Part shown: piece by piece, positions 37,769 to 50,885 of the stretch
Layout: each line of letters begins with the position of its first letter
How positions within the stretch are numbered: position 1 is the stretch's first letter
Origin: Macrostomum hystrix
Taxonomy: Eukaryota > Animalia > Platyhelminthes
Direction of reading: 5' to 3'
Length of the DNA stretch: 64,000 bases
Assembly: GCA_950097015.1 (NCBI GenBank)
Contig: CATNEN010000038.1
Location: 10,478,001 to 10,542,000 of the forward strand
Notes under the pieces: model-generated
What the model saw: only the letters and a program-made list of their open reading frames with translations
The model's database searches: none
What the model was told of the DNA's origin: nothing
Made by a program: the position numbers and the translations under genes

Positions 37769-39180
37769 TACTTAGATTTCCCAAAGGATGTCTACAAGCG
37801 TACTAACTAACTATATGGCATTATAAGGTAATTTTTAGGTATTTTTAAGTCCCTTTTTTCAAACGTATGAATTTAAACATTTGTGAACTCCCGTGTCTAC
37901 CTGTCAGTTCTATGGGCAAATAGTTTAGGAATTATATGTGATAATTATTTAAGGGGCTTAGGCCTTAGCGAAGGCTAAGCTGCCAGACATAATAATCCAT
38001 CAAGGGCAATAGCTAAATACTTTATTAGGTCTATTATGACCTGGAAAATATATCTCTTTGTTTAGTGTTCGATATGGGAAAAAGTATTTATGTAAAGTGA
38101 GCGTGATTATCTTGACCTTTATAAATATTTGGCTTCTGGCTTTATTTACCACATTAATTGTGTGATTTTTTGGCGGTTCTTTCTCTATCTTGCAAAATTT
38201 AAATGGTTGTGGACTTGTGGACCATGGTTAGCTGCCAACAAGGACCTACTAGGAGGCTTGGGTGCTGAGCTGAAGTAATGATAAAATAAAAAGGATGCTT
38301 TTTACTTGTAATGAAATAATTAGTCTATTTTAAATTGTTATTAAAATCAAAATATTTCTTGTGTACTGTTATTACAACTAAATTTATGCTAATCATCTTC
38401 TCATATAACCGGTATTTTTGTACGGATGTTTGTATTAATTATGTATTTAGTATTTGTTTAAACTACGCTTGACAAGTTAAATATAAAGTGACACCAGTTG
38501 CAACCGGTTTTCTGACACGCGCGCGCATCGGAACTAGCCACTAAGTTTAGATATTTTAGAAGATTCGAACGTTAGATTATAATTAATAACCACCTTTAAC
38601 TAATCTTGCTCTAGATTGTAAGTGCGTGCGTCAGCAAAGCGATGTAATTGATATAACAGAGAAGTAGGCCCTATCACTAATTATATTACGAATTATATTA
38701 CATTAAGCTGCAGCCTTTCAAAACGACTTACAATTTATTTTAAATGGCGACCACTGACCAATAATTTTATTACAAATGGCGACCACGCCAGGACCATACT
38801 CTAAATGTTAGACTCTGCTGGAATCTATTAGCTATTTTAATATAATCTGGATTCATATTCATTTACTTTGTATAGTTTTGAGTAGTCTCTTCTCTGGTAT
38901 CAAAATTTGTTAATATCTACATACACTTTATCTGTATTTTCTGGTTATATATTGTCTCACTAAATCTCAGTTAGTCTAGAGCTAGTCTCTTGATTGTTGG
39001 CCCTATTGCATGTTGCAACTACAGTTTAACTAGGCCTAGATCTCATTAATGACATATTTCTCCTTTGGTATTGACCTAATAATTTATTTTGTTTCAAACT
39101 ACATTTCAAACTCAATCATAGAAAGTTTGGTCTTAATAGGTTAAGTTAAATAAAGATCTTAGCTTAACATTTCATTTGTG

Positions 39181-40494
39181 ATGTCTCAACACTTAATGGA
39201 CACAATTGAATTAAGAAATTGATCAGTTCAGAGAGCACCTGTGCCAATTCAATCCAACCCTTGGCCAGGCCAATCTGGTGACTTCCAGTCAAACCCAAAT
39301 GCAGACTATTCATTCTTTAACCCACTAGAACAAATCAATAGAACTGAACCAACAATACAAACAAATCCTTTCCATATAGATTATGGTCATAGAGAACCAT
39401 ATGTTCCATCATCATCTGCACAAGAAAATATGAGAGTTCAAGAGTGGATAAACCACAATCCATCAAGAAGCACTAATCCATTTTTAGATGAAGCATCATG
39501 TATTGCTGATTCAGAGCCAACCAATGCTACTAATCCTAGCCTTTTCTTAGGCCCAGTGCCTCAAGTTTTTCAAGCACAAAAGCACACTAGCATTGAGCCT
39601 ATGCCAACATCTTACCAGATTCCTCATGTGCCTAAGCCAGCACCATTTAATGGCAAGGAAGACTTTTCTGATTTCATTGCTAGAATCGATAATTATCTTT
39701 GCAGATTCCCTAGCTTGACTGATGCTATCACAATTCAAACACTTGTTGCTTTCTTAGGTCCAGTCTTTAGTTCTTATAGAGCCTGGTTGGCAAATGCATG
39801 TGCATCAGCAGGTATGCCTCTAGGTACACCTCTTGAACAACTGCCAAATGCTACCTATGACTCATGTGTGCAATTTTTAAAGAGTAGACAAGGTGAGAAA
39901 ACTAGTATTGTTCTTAGAAGAGAAGTTCGGACCCTAACTAGGAAGCCTAATGAAACATTTGAGCAATTCTTGACAAACTTACAAAATCTAGCCATTCAAG
40001 CTTATCCAGAAAATGCCAATAGTGAAGTAGTCCAAACTATGGTACTTGACCAATTTATTGCAGGTGACTTAAAGGTAACAGAGTATTTGTCTAACCAATT
40101 GCACCTTGAGACACCAGAACAAGCCCTACAGCTGGCGCAACAAGTTCGAGAGACACAGTTGCTACTTCAAAGTCAATCTTCACATAGTGCACAAAGAAGC
40201 AATACAATAAGAAACACTAAGCCAATTTACCCACATATGGGAAGTCAGCAATGCAATTCAATAGACTCTCAATCTAACCACATGCAAGCCACTACTAAAA
40301 CATCTGTAAACGCAAGGCCTTATCAACCAGCACTACTGAACCAGCCACAGCGCCAACTGCACCAGAGCAGGAACCAAGGGAAATGCTATGGATATGGTCA
40401 ACATGGGCACATAAATAGGAATTGCCCAAACGCCAATCAAGCTGGATCACAGGGCAGATTCCAGCCAAGAGTGCCAACTGCCCTACCACTGTAG
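39181..40494 (+). pseudogene. gag: Gypsy gag
   Basis: PKPAPFNGKEDFSDFI, RKPNETFEQF, degenerate knuckle CYGYGQHGHINRNC; in-frame TGA at 39220 after ATG 39181. Confidence 0.85.
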
Positions 40495-41282
40495 CTGATC
40501 ACCAGAAGCAAGGAGCTAGGGAAATCCTTAATGTAAATCTTGATTTTAATAATGCTATATATGTAAATGCAATTGTAGCATCTAAAAAAATACCTTGCCT
40601 AATAGACACAGGCTCTAGTGTCACAATCATTTCAACTGATGTCCTTAATCAACCTAGACTAAATCTTATCAAGACAGAAGTTCAGTTAACAGTTGCCAAT
40701 GGCGAAGAATTAAAGGTTTTAGGAAAGAAAAAAATTACCTTTTCATTTGGCCAACTCAATTTAGCACATGAAGTATATGTCTGTAGCAATATCCAGCACA
40801 ATGTAATTATAGGTTTAGATTTCTTAAAGCAATTTGATGTTTCTATCCACCCAGCACAAGGTATTATTACTTTCAATGCTCATAACAAATCAATTCCAAC
40901 TTGGAAAACCATGGAAGTCCCAAGGTTTCAAGTCCTTGTTGTGGCTGAAACTACAACTGTGCCACCAGGCCAGACTCTTGATATTTCTATTAAGCCAAAA
41001 CTTCCTGATCAATCACTTGCTCCAGGCATTGTTGAATCAAATCATCATGTCCCAGGTCTCTTGCTTGCCAGAGGTATTCATCTAATAAAAAATGAAGGCA
41101 TGAATGTTAATGTTGTCAATAGTAATGTTAACAGAGAGTTAGGCCTACTATTAAGAGCCGGTCTAGTCATTGCTAAGTTTATCCCACTAGATCAAAAAGG
41201 AAATGTGTGCATCATTGGAAGCTTAAATCCAAACCAAAGTGAAAATGAAGACATAATTAGTGAAGAGAGTAACCTAAAGTAA
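40422..41282 (+). pseudogene. Retroviral-type aspartic protease (pol 5' part, -1 frame to gag), truncated before RT
   Basis: LIDTGS and IIGLDFL motifs; ORF runs directly into the 3' LTR. Confidence 0.88.
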
Positions 41283-42696
41283 AATCAAAATATTTCTTGT
41301 GTACTGTTATTACAACTAAATTTATGCTAATCATCTTCTCATATAACTGGTATTTTCGTATGGATGTTTGTATTAATTATGTATTTAGTATTTGTTTAAA
41401 CTACGGTTGACAAGTTAAATATAAAGTGACACCAGTTGCAACCGGTTTTCTGACACGCGCGCGCGCATCGGAACTAGCCACTAAGTTTAGATAATTAGAA
41501 GATTCGAACGTTAGATTATAATTAATAACCACCTTTAACTAATCTTGCTCTAGATTGTAAGCGCGTGCGTCAGCAAAGCGGCGTAATTGATATAACAGAG
41601 AAGTAGGCCCTATCACTAATTATATTACTAATTATATTACATTAAGCTGCAGTCTTTCAAAACGACTTACAATTCATTTTAAATGGCGACCACCGACCAA
41701 TAATTTCATTACATACTCAAAACTCAAAATTTATTTAATTTTCTTTAAGAAAGTAAAGCTAACTTATTAATATAGTTTTTTATAAACTTTATACTTTAAT
41801 TTTAGTTCAGAATTTTCATGACTTTACAAAATGCTAAATCGTGTCACGTGCTTTGTTGTAATATGGCGATATCTAATGAATTTCTCGTATTCTACGAATA
41901 AAGGTTATAGTTGCTCAGACAGCACTTAAGAGTTGTCTGTCAGATTACTCTTAACTTCTTGATGATGATATTTAAATTAATACTTTATTGGTAGCTTAAA
42001 TAGATCTAGCATTTGTGCTCATCGTGCTGTACTGATCGATGTGCATTTCTACCATGGATCATAAAACAACAGTATTGTCGACGCCGCGGCAATTTGGGGG
42101 TACAGAAGGCAGGAGTCCCCTTGAAATTTTTTGACACTGAAAATTGTGAAACCAGAATGATGTAAATTTACAGCAGTAAGCAAATAATTTAAATTACTAA
42201 AGCTTGTAAATAAATCGTATTATATGCTTGCTACAATAAAAGCCACGCATCGTCCAGCAGAGCTGGGGCGTTTCGGGAGATCCGGGAAACGCTTCGGAAT
42301 AATTTTGGCCCTGGTTCTCGTGGACCTTTCAAAATGAGCTGAAAGAAATGTACGGGAAAGGAATCGCGGAGCTGCCACCAGTCTGGGCTCTCGTGTCGAA
42401 GCAGGAAGACATTGACAGCCTTCGCTCACTGTTGGATTGAAATGGTATTGCGCGTTGTCTTTTGCGAAAAGTTCAGAAATTTTTTTACCATTTTTGCAGA
42501 AATGAACCCTTTGTAACCACACGACAACCTGCAGTAGCCAACCCACTCAATGTCGTAGCCGGCACTTTATTGTTAACGTTTTTATAATATTTTTCAGCCT
42601 GATCGGATCTTATTTTGCGGAAAAGAGAATTTTCTCGATTTATTTTCATTTTAATGTTTACTATAGAGTAAAAATTTTATTTATACGCTCGTAGGC

Positions 42697-42937
42697 AGTG
42701 CTTATTCGACGAGCCCCTGGAATGGAAAACTCCAGCATTGCTGGTACCGAAGAAGCTTTGTGACGTCCAAAATTTCGTAAATAAAAACTATAAAGCGACG
42801 AGAAAAAATCTCCAGTCACATTTTTTTACTTGAAGGGGTTTAGCTATGAATCAAACAGTTAAAACATTTCGAAGCTTCACTAAAAAAATATCTGAAATTC
42901 TTTAAGCGAAGCTGAAACTTCCTGTCGAATAGGCACT
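42697..42937. mobile_element. Possible small MITE
   Basis: Inverted ends agtgcttattcgac/gtcgaataggcact. Confidence 0.45.
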
Positions 42938-43622
42938 CATAACATATTTATAAATATTGACTTTTTGCGCATAAAAAATTTATATAATTAAAAAAATCTA
43001 CAGTATTTATACATTTGTTAACTCCAAATCAGCATATATCCAAGCTAAAACTTTTTTCGACGTACTTTTAATATGCGTAAATTTCAATTCTAAAGCGACT
43101 CTTAATTCGCACATTTTTGATAGGTTTAAAGCTCTATTGCATGGTAACATCAATCCCAAAAAATCACCAATTATGATCATTTTGAAACTTACTAACTTAG
43201 ATATTTTAGTATTAAAATTTGTTTGCATTCGCTTGTTTTCAAACGTGTGGAAGTACATCAAATCATGTTGTTGTGTGCTTCTCTTAGAAATTTACAGAAC
43301 AAACCTGAATTATTCAGTGTTTTTGTTAGCATGGACCATGACTTGTAGTTTGCCTCTTAACAATAAACATTCTGTTTGACAAAGAAAACTCAGGTCATGT
43401 TTCGCTGAGCTTTCAGGCATCGTCAGTGATGATCAGTTTGTTCGTTTAACGTAATCTGAGGGGGTGCCTCAAACAACAAGACTTTTCTGCGCCCTAGTCT
43501 AGCTCTAGACAAACCATAGACATAACAGAGCAGCTACACATCAATCATCTTTTCCTTCCTAAAAAGCTCGAATTGCAGTTCAAAATTGTTCAGTCCATCG
43601 TTCATCGATAATGTCTCTTTTA

Positions 43623-44955
43623 CACTCAGCAACATTGAAAAGTTTCCACCCTAGCGCACGATGGGTCAACGTTTTGGTAGGTGAAGATATTTGTGGTTTG
43701 AGCCATAGACAGATATAAAATCCGGATTCGAACGAAGCAAACGAACAGCAAAGAAAGTACGCGAGCATCTGGTGCCAACTGGCCCAGAACAGGGTCAGTA
43801 ACGCGTACAGCAGCCACGTGCGTGCAGCAGAGCGCACACTCTCCGGGCATACCCACAAACAGGCGTCGCAGAAAATCTTGCGGTAGCTGTTGCCATGCAG
43901 TAGACAGTGATTCGCGGTAGACAGTGATTCCGAAGTAGTCAGTCCTTCAGATGCACCACAGCGGCTGCGCGATGCGGTGGGGCGTTGTCGTCTTGGAGAA
44001 CGCTGTTCCCCACGCCACCACATGAAGCATCAATGAAGGGCAGCAGCGTCTGTAGAAGGTTGGCTTGGCAAAAAATTGGCAAATACGACTCGGCAGTCAC
44101 AGTCGCATCCAGGAACACAAGCTCCGTCTTTGCGTGCACTGTGATGCCTGCCCACACGTGAATAGAAGCTGACTGGCTCTCTGAGTTTTGCACGTGCTGC
44201 GGCAGCATCTCCTGGCGTGGCTGGCGCCACACTCGAATGCGGCCGTCGGCACGGAACAATCGAAAGCGGCTCTCATCCGAGAAAATCACTCGCCGCCACT
44301 GCTGCTGCCTCCACTGGACCCTTTGCATTGCCAATTGTTGCCGGCTGGCCACATGGGTTGGGGTCAGGCGTGGCCGTTTGCGCATCTTACGGGATCAGAG
44401 CCCCGACTCCCGCTATTGTCGTCGGATGGTTTGGGCGCTCAGAATATCCCCTCGCCTGCTTCTTTCAGCCCACATCAGCCGTAGCAGGGTGGCTGGCAAT
44501 GTGGGGCTTCCCTTCGACATTCGCAGCAATCGCCGGTCCGCCCTCCTAGTTGTAATGCGCATATTGAGCCGCCGGCCGCGCGTGGCTAGCGCCACGCTGC
44601 CCGTTTCTCTGCACTTGATCTGCAGTTTGTGGATTGCTGTGCGCGACCGCCCAATTTGGCGAGTAATAGCTCGGATGGACACCCCAGCGTCCAGCATGCC
44701 AACGGCGCGCGCTCGTTCCAGGTCGGTCATTTGGCGAACCATTCCGTTTGGTTGCGAACGTGGATCATAGACTCCTGTAAGCTGACTGCTACATGTGAAT
44801 GTTTCCTTCGACTTGTCTGGCGTCTTGTCTGGCCCAAGTGCGTGTTGACGAAATCATCAATCGTCTATGGCACAAGTCTGGCGACAAAAACCAGTTTTGA
44901 AACTCTAAACTCTACAACTTGCGCGAGGGTGGAAACTTTTCAATGTTGCTGAGTG
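43623..44955 (-). mobile_element. Tc1/mariner transposon with inactivated transposase
   Basis: ~36-bp TIRs cactcagcaacattgaaaagtttccaccct, TA on both sides; HTH N-terminus, VIFSDESRF, LQDDNAPPH, C-terminal AWQQLPQDFLRRL..MP..TRY; stop at 44413; SPDLNPIE segment absent. Confidence 0.95.
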
Positions 44956-45479
44956 TATATGGCTCAGACCGACGTAGCGGCTGTCGCTGCTGAGACAGCA
45001 GCATATATACGAGTACATATTCAACATTCTCGAGTGTAGTGCTGAACGATAGGTATATGATATCTATTGTTTTTTAGAGATTCAGTCCTAAATTATATAA
45101 TTTGACTTGAATTAAGACTTGAACTTGGCTTGCTCATTTGTGTCTACTACCTGAAGGTGAGTAAAGGAAATTCACTTTGGGAAATTGCAGATAATACGAT
45201 AAAAAATTTCTTTGGAAGTTAATTTGATTATGTATGCTATCTTGTTCGAAACTTATGTCGGCCTTTGACAATTGGAAATTCACAACACCTGCTGTCAACA
45301 ATCGTCACTTGCGCGTAGCTCGTATATACAGCAGTATGCAATAACGAAAAGACCAGTGACACAAAAGCAGTATTGCTCTTAGCAACCAAAAGTGGTCGAT
45401 TCTGAATTTATACGTTACTGTATAATAAAATAGACAGCGATGCACACCATGAACTAAGCACCGATCCAAAATTAGTCAC

Positions 45480-46019
45480 TCATTTGCCGCCGCGCCATCG
45501 CTTCCCTGTGCCCGGCGGCCAGTCCATTGTTTGGCCAGCGAACACGTGCATGTGCAGGTGCGGCACCGCCTGCAGAGCGTCGTCTCCATTGTTCAGCACC
45601 AGCCGGTAGCCGTGCTTAACGCCGCTCTTCTTAGCAACCAGCCTAGCAACCATAAACAGATGGCCGAGAAGTTTTTCGTCACATTCCTGAGCCTCCTCCA
45701 GTGTGGCAAGCTGCTTCTTTGGCACCACCAGGAACTGCACCGGTACCACCTGGTTGAGGCCCAGGAAGGCGATGGCCAGTTCGTCTTCGTACAGGATCTT
45801 GGCTGGCTCCTTGCGCTGTATGATGCGCGTGAAGACCGACGGTCGCCGGTGGGCCAGTTCATCTGTCAGGCCGCAGCGGTCGTTGCTCTGGTTTTCAGTG
45901 TAGTGCGATGTCGAGGCGCTGATGAAGGTTACCACGAGACCCAGCAGCAGGAGCAGGCAGACTCCGGCCGACAGACAGACGCTGTGGCGATGCAGCAGGC
46001 GATGATAGGTGCTCTGCAT
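45480..46019 (-). CDS. HIT/HINT-family nucleotide hydrolase with N-terminal hydrophobic anchor
   Basis: SVFTRII..EPAKILYED, LLGHL, GYRLVLNNG..ALQAVPHLHMHVFAG..MDWPPG; hydrophobic stretch VCLLLLLGLVVTFI. Confidence 0.9.
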   Translation of the reverse strand: MQSTYHRLLHRHSVCLSAGVCLLLLLGLVVTFISASTSHYTENQSNDRCGLTDELAHRRPSVFTRIIQRKEPAKILYEDELAIAFLGLNQVVPVQFLVVPKKQLATLEEAQECDEKLLGHLFMVARLVAKKSGVKHGYRLVLNNGDDALQAVPHLHMHVFAGQTMDWPPGTGKRWRGGK

Positions 46020-47366
46020 TTTTCGGTGCAAACAGAACCGTCTAATTTGTTTCTAAGCTTCAGAACCGCTGCAAAATGCGAGAAACTAAGGAATGTACGA
46101 GTACTAGTTATACTTGACTGGGCTGGGGTTGGGAGAAGAATGGGAAATCGATTCCCAACTCAAACGGCATGGTCTGAAATAGACTTGAGTGAGCAGCTGC
46201 TAGCTGACTAACGAACAGCTAACAGCTACCCCGAGAATATGAATAGAAAAATGATCTTGAATGAGAAGTCAAGCTAGACAAACGTACTCGTTGTTAGAAT
46301 CAAACTCGTGCTCCATGAAAGCGTTCTTTGCGCTCTGTACTAAGGGTTTGAGCTTTAGTTCGGTGTCCGGCAACTAGGACCAGCCTGTGTGCTCAATTAA
46401 GACTAGCACTATAGTAATTGTACTTTATAATGCTGGACATTGCTGTATAGAGCATGCTATAAACTACACGAAACTTACCATAAGAGTGTCTTGCACCCAC
46501 ACACCTCAGAGGGTACCTCAGAAGAAGGTACACAGTCGCTGTTGGTAACATCAGAGCATTAAAATTATTCTCCCCTTGATTTTATATTTTCACATTTTAC
46601 ATTAATTGATTTTACCATAAAACACCCCTTGTCATATTTTGCTGTTAATAACGGTCTAATGGTCGTTTGGGAAGTTCACATATTTTGCATCGATTTTTAA
46701 AGTAAAATATCGCACTGAGTTTCCAAGATTGTCTATGTGACGTCAGTTGTAAAATAAATAGAATCCTACTTCTTGACCTAGCTGTACGAGCTAGGGTGGT
46801 CCTTGGACACAGCGGGGAGAGTAACCTATTCCGCTAATGTCCAATTATGTCCTTCCTACTCGTAATAGAAAACCTTAATAATCAAATGTAATAAGAACCT
46901 AGCCGGTGTTCTGTACCAACTGTATTTGTCGCAAACCTAAAACCATGGCATCGCAATTACGCTCGTAAAGGAAATAAAAAATTCATAGACACAAAGCTCA
47001 CATAGAAAATTCTGAGTTATGGGAGCATTCAGAGAAATGTACAATCTTTTGCGCTGCTTTTTTCTAAGCAGAGTTGCAAAAAAGCTTGATAGCCAGAGAC
47101 GCTTTTCCAATTAGTGTCAGCATAGCTATAGTCTTGTAGTAGGAATTTTGCCATCCAATACACACCCTGAAAAAGTAAGAGACAAAAATTACTTTGAACA
47201 CTGAATGGATTTTTAAGCAAGTAAAAGACGACGGAAATAAAAAATGGAAGAAAAACTAACAAAAACTTCAGGTATAGAATAAATAAACTTGTATTTACGA
47301 GTACACTGCATGTCGTCTTTCGGGAGTATGTGTGTATGTAGTCGTATGAAACCTGGTGCATGGCGA

Positions 47367-48656
47367 CTATTTCGACACCAGCCGAAAGTGTCCGCGGCCC
47401 AGGCTGCCTCGGCTACTGGAGACAGGTTGCAGGGCGTAGTACTGCTGCTGATGAGGATTTTGCTGGTGCAGGTAGACGTACTGCTGATGAGGGACACGGC
47501 GTCTCACGGGAACCAGTTTCACCAGCTGACCTGAGGCCTGCGGTGGCGGGCTGTACTGCAGCTGCACCAACTGCTGCTGCGGCAGTTGCCGCTGCTGCTG
47601 CATGCTTACGCTGGACCTCGGGCCGGTTTTCACGTATGTCACCTGGGGACGCGAACCACCGTCGACCCGATCCGAATGGTCGTAGCTGGCCGACGTGGTC
47701 TGGACACGCAAAGTCGCCGGTCGAGCTGAGGAACGGCCTTTGCTCTGGTCCGCGCTTCCGTCACGCTCATTTAGAAGCGTCGGCGGACCGTTCTGCGACT
47801 CGAACACCGCGTAGGTGGCCCCAGCAGTCAAGTCGTCGTAGTTGAGAATGACTGAGTTAATGGCCTGCCCAGTGCTGCGCACGTGTGTGGTCGTCTGGCG
47901 CTGTTCATAGAAAACGTCGTCGGCCATCGATGCAGAAGCCGACGAAGCCGTGACGACTTTAATGCGCGCCTCAAGGGGATTCTGATTCCTCGGGGATTCA
48001 ACTGGTCGTTGGATCGATGGTGAAACTTCCGTCATCACTGCCGGCTGGGATGACCCGCGCTCCAGCGGCCCGAATCCGGGAAAGCCACTGTCAGCTGAAA
48101 ATGAAGAGGGCCGCGGCTGCCTCTGGGGCTGCTGCTGCTGCTGCTGCAGTTGCTCTCTGGCGGCTGTCTGCATGGCCCAGTTGCTGGTTGCAGTTTGCTT
48201 CACCGGCGTGTCAGGCAGGTAGTTTGCCTCCTCGGCCGCCAACCGATGCTGTCTATCGATGAGTCGACTGGCTTCGGCCAGGGCAGCCGGGTCTTTGAAC
48301 TGGAGGACGGTGACGCACTTCTGCTCGTAGTCTCTGGTGCAGAGTGCCAGCATTCGCTGCGGCTGCGACTGCCTGGGTGAGATGCAGGCCAAAATGCGCT
48401 GGTACTTGATGTGCTCCAGGGGCATGGAGGCAAAGAGGCCATTTTCACCCAGCCTGATTCCCGTGTTGAACAGAACCAGATTGGTTCGAACCCTGGCGTT
48501 GTCCTTGACGACTCGTCTGACCAGCTCTTCGGCCCTCTCTGGCCCGAATTCGTCGTCAGGTCTGAGCAGGAAGCGGCCGCACACCTGCACCTTGGCCTTT
48601 AGCAGCTTCTGCGGCTCTGTGGATGCGAACAACTGCGGCGGCTGGCGCGACTCCAT
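47367..48656 (-). CDS. 429-aa protein with probable N-terminal PH/PTB-like fold and disordered Q/S-rich tail
   Basis: Long GC-rich ATG ORF; the first ~140 aa show a beta-sandwich-plus-helix pattern recalling flatworm-specific PH-like domains (recognised from memory, unverified). Confidence 0.75.
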   Translation of the reverse strand: MESRQPPQLFASTEPQKLLKAKVQVCGRFLLRPDDEFGPERAEELVRRVVKDNARVRTNLVLFNTGIRLGENGLFASMPLEHIKYQRILACISPRQSQPQRMLALCTRDYEQKCVTVLQFKDPAALAEASRLIDRQHRLAAEEANYLPDTPVKQTATSNWAMQTAAREQLQQQQQQPQRQPRPSSFSADSGFPGFGPLERGSSQPAVMTEVSPSIQRPVESPRNQNPLEARIKVVTASSASASMADDVFYEQRQTTTHVRSTGQAINSVILNYDDLTAGATYAVFESQNGPPTLLNERDGSADQSKGRSSARPATLRVQTTSASYDHSDRVDGGSRPQVTYVKTGPRSSVSMQQQRQLPQQQLVQLQYSPPPQASGQLVKLVPVRRRVPHQQYVYLHQQNPHQQQYYALQPVSSSRGSLGRGHFRLVSK

Positions 48657-50074
48657 GCAATGAGCGCTGGCTGGCAGAGGCTAGGAGAACTTTTGTCTGT
48701 CTTGTTTTCGCATTCCGTCGTGTCTCTCGTAGGTCTTATTTATGAGACTCGAATGAGTTGAGATGCTATTGAAAGCTCATGTGAGCTGTGTGGAGTGAGA
48801 GGACTGACACCGCCCGCTGCGAAGACCCCGTGCTCTGCTGGTTATGCCTCTGGGTGCAGACTGCAATTATGTCTTCACGCATTGTGTTCATAAGCCTTCT
48901 ACACTTAGAATGGCCTAGGCCAGGCATGAGAATTAGCTCTGCGCTGTCCCGATTCGATAACTTTTCCGTGGTCCCAGCATCGCGTGCGCAGCAATATTTA
49001 ATGCGGTCGTTTGAGTCTTAAACTGTAAGGAACGATTGCTTTGTAGCCATACGAGCGTAGTCGTTGGTATATTTGAAGAGACGAATCATTTCACCCATGA
49101 CACGCCCTATACTCGCAGGAAATGCGGTACAGCAATTTGCTGTTGTCAATACTAACCCAGACAATTTACAAGTGATTTAGTTGTCTCTGTTTCTTGCCAC
49201 AGGCTGTCTCCGTAAGATCTGTATCTGGCTGGCAAAGCTTGCCAGGTGGTCTACTTGAGGCACATTAACATCTACAGCTTGCAGAGCAATGTGAACTAGG
49301 ATAACTCACATTTGTCCCACTAATGCAACTTGTTACTTGTTGGTATATTGCCGTGCAAACACTCACAAAATCCATTTCTAATTCGGATGCAAGGAACTCA
49401 AGTAGTCAGCTACTGGTTAACAAGTTAACCAGTCGCACCCAGGCAGACGTACACCTGTGTGTGTGCCTTCCTGCTTGCTCAAGGGTCAGCGGAATGGCCG
49501 CGGAATCGCCTCCTCGATGATGGCTGCGAATCTACAGGAAATCACTAAAATATACGCGACACATATACCCAAATTATTAGCATAATCAGGGTTAATCATC
49601 TGCTTACTTGTCTAAGAGTGCTAAAAATTGAAAACCCCATCTTCTGCCATCCCGTGACAAACCGCGTGGCTTTATAAGCATATGATAGTGAACAGGTGGA
49701 TGGACGCGATGTTGGAGTTGCTGAATTTTACAGAAGTACAAAACGAATTATTGAGAAATGTGGCTGATGCATACTCATTGTTATTCGGCAGTGGATGCTC
49801 GACTCACTCTACTTGGCAGATTCTTTCCTTCTCTGCCTGGAGCCAGAGCAGGTATAGCAGCTTATGCGCAAAGCTCACTGTAGCGAGACCAGATGTGTCA
49901 ATGCCATCATTGTCGATAAATTATTAAAATAGAAATCTCACTCCGAAAGCTTCAGTGACTCAGGTAAATATCAATCTCAGAAATGAAAGCTGCCTGCGAC
50001 AATAGTGATCAGTTTTATAAAATATTTCCGCTTAACTGCAAACGGTTTTAGTTATACCGAACATCCCACTTGCG

Positions 50075-50504
50075 ATGCTGTGCTTTTTGACCCTGGTACT
50101 GAGCTGTGCCGCTGCTACGCTTTCATATCGACAATTCGAAATTGTGAGCCTCGGCTGCTACGTAGACGGCAACGATGGAGAAAGAGATCTACAGGGCTTG
50201 AAGAACTGCCAGGGATTCAACAGGATTGGCAGTGTGGATGTCTGGCACTTTGATGCTGGTATCCGCACCGACTTGATGACCCTGGAGCTGTGTAGCGGCT
50301 TCTGCGCTCTGGGCGGCTTCCAGTTCATGGCTATACAGGGCAGGCCTTGGTGCTTCTGTGGCAACTCGTACGGCTCGCAGGGACGAGCACCTGACAGTGA
50401 ATGCTCTGTTACTTGTTCGGAAAATATCAACCAGATTTGTGGAGGCCCATTTCGAAACAGTGTGTTCCAAATTAACTATTTATACATCTACAACAGTAAA
50501 TGCA
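50075..50504 (+). CDS. Secreted WSC-domain protein, first coding exon
   Basis: Signal peptide; LGCYVD, MTLELCSGFC, WCFCGNSY, ECSVTCSENINQICGG; ends at phase-1 GTGAGT donor (or reads on to stop 50512). Confidence 0.88.
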
Positions 50505-50885
50505 GTGAGTAAGACAAAAAAAATTTCAACAATGTGATGCTTTTCAGTTCGTTTTTATTCACCTGCTTCCATGAGTCTAATCGGACCTGATCTGATCTGA
50601 TTGAAAAAGCAAGTTTTCGTTGTTGGCAATTCAATTAATGCTGGTTGAGAGTTGACCAAGGAATGTTTTTTGATTCATCAAGCAGTATAATTATTTTCGC
50701 TTATTTAGCGTTTATAACGAGTACATGCATGGTTAATTAAAAATAAAATATCAAATAAAAATACCAGAAGCATCAATAAAAGGCAAAAAAGCTAACAAAA
50801 TATTCAACACTTTTATAAATAAACTTTTCGAAACGGCGAACTAAGAACAGAAGTTTAAACTTAACCAGGGATATAGGAGACATAT

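Larger units (their letters stand above)
38307..41713 (+). mobile_element. Internally deleted Gypsy/Ty3 LTR retrotransposon (gag-protease only)
   Basis: 5' LTR 38307-38774 (TGTAATGAAA..TTACA), PBS TGGCGACCA, 3' LTR 41280-41713 lacking its first ~35 bp, 4-bp TSD TACT. Confidence 0.93.

Noticed and set aside
43815-43915. Apparent B-box zinc finger (CLLH..FCDAC..C) inside the Tc1 element
   Set aside because: Off-frame reading of the transposase C-terminus (AWQQLPQDFLRRL).
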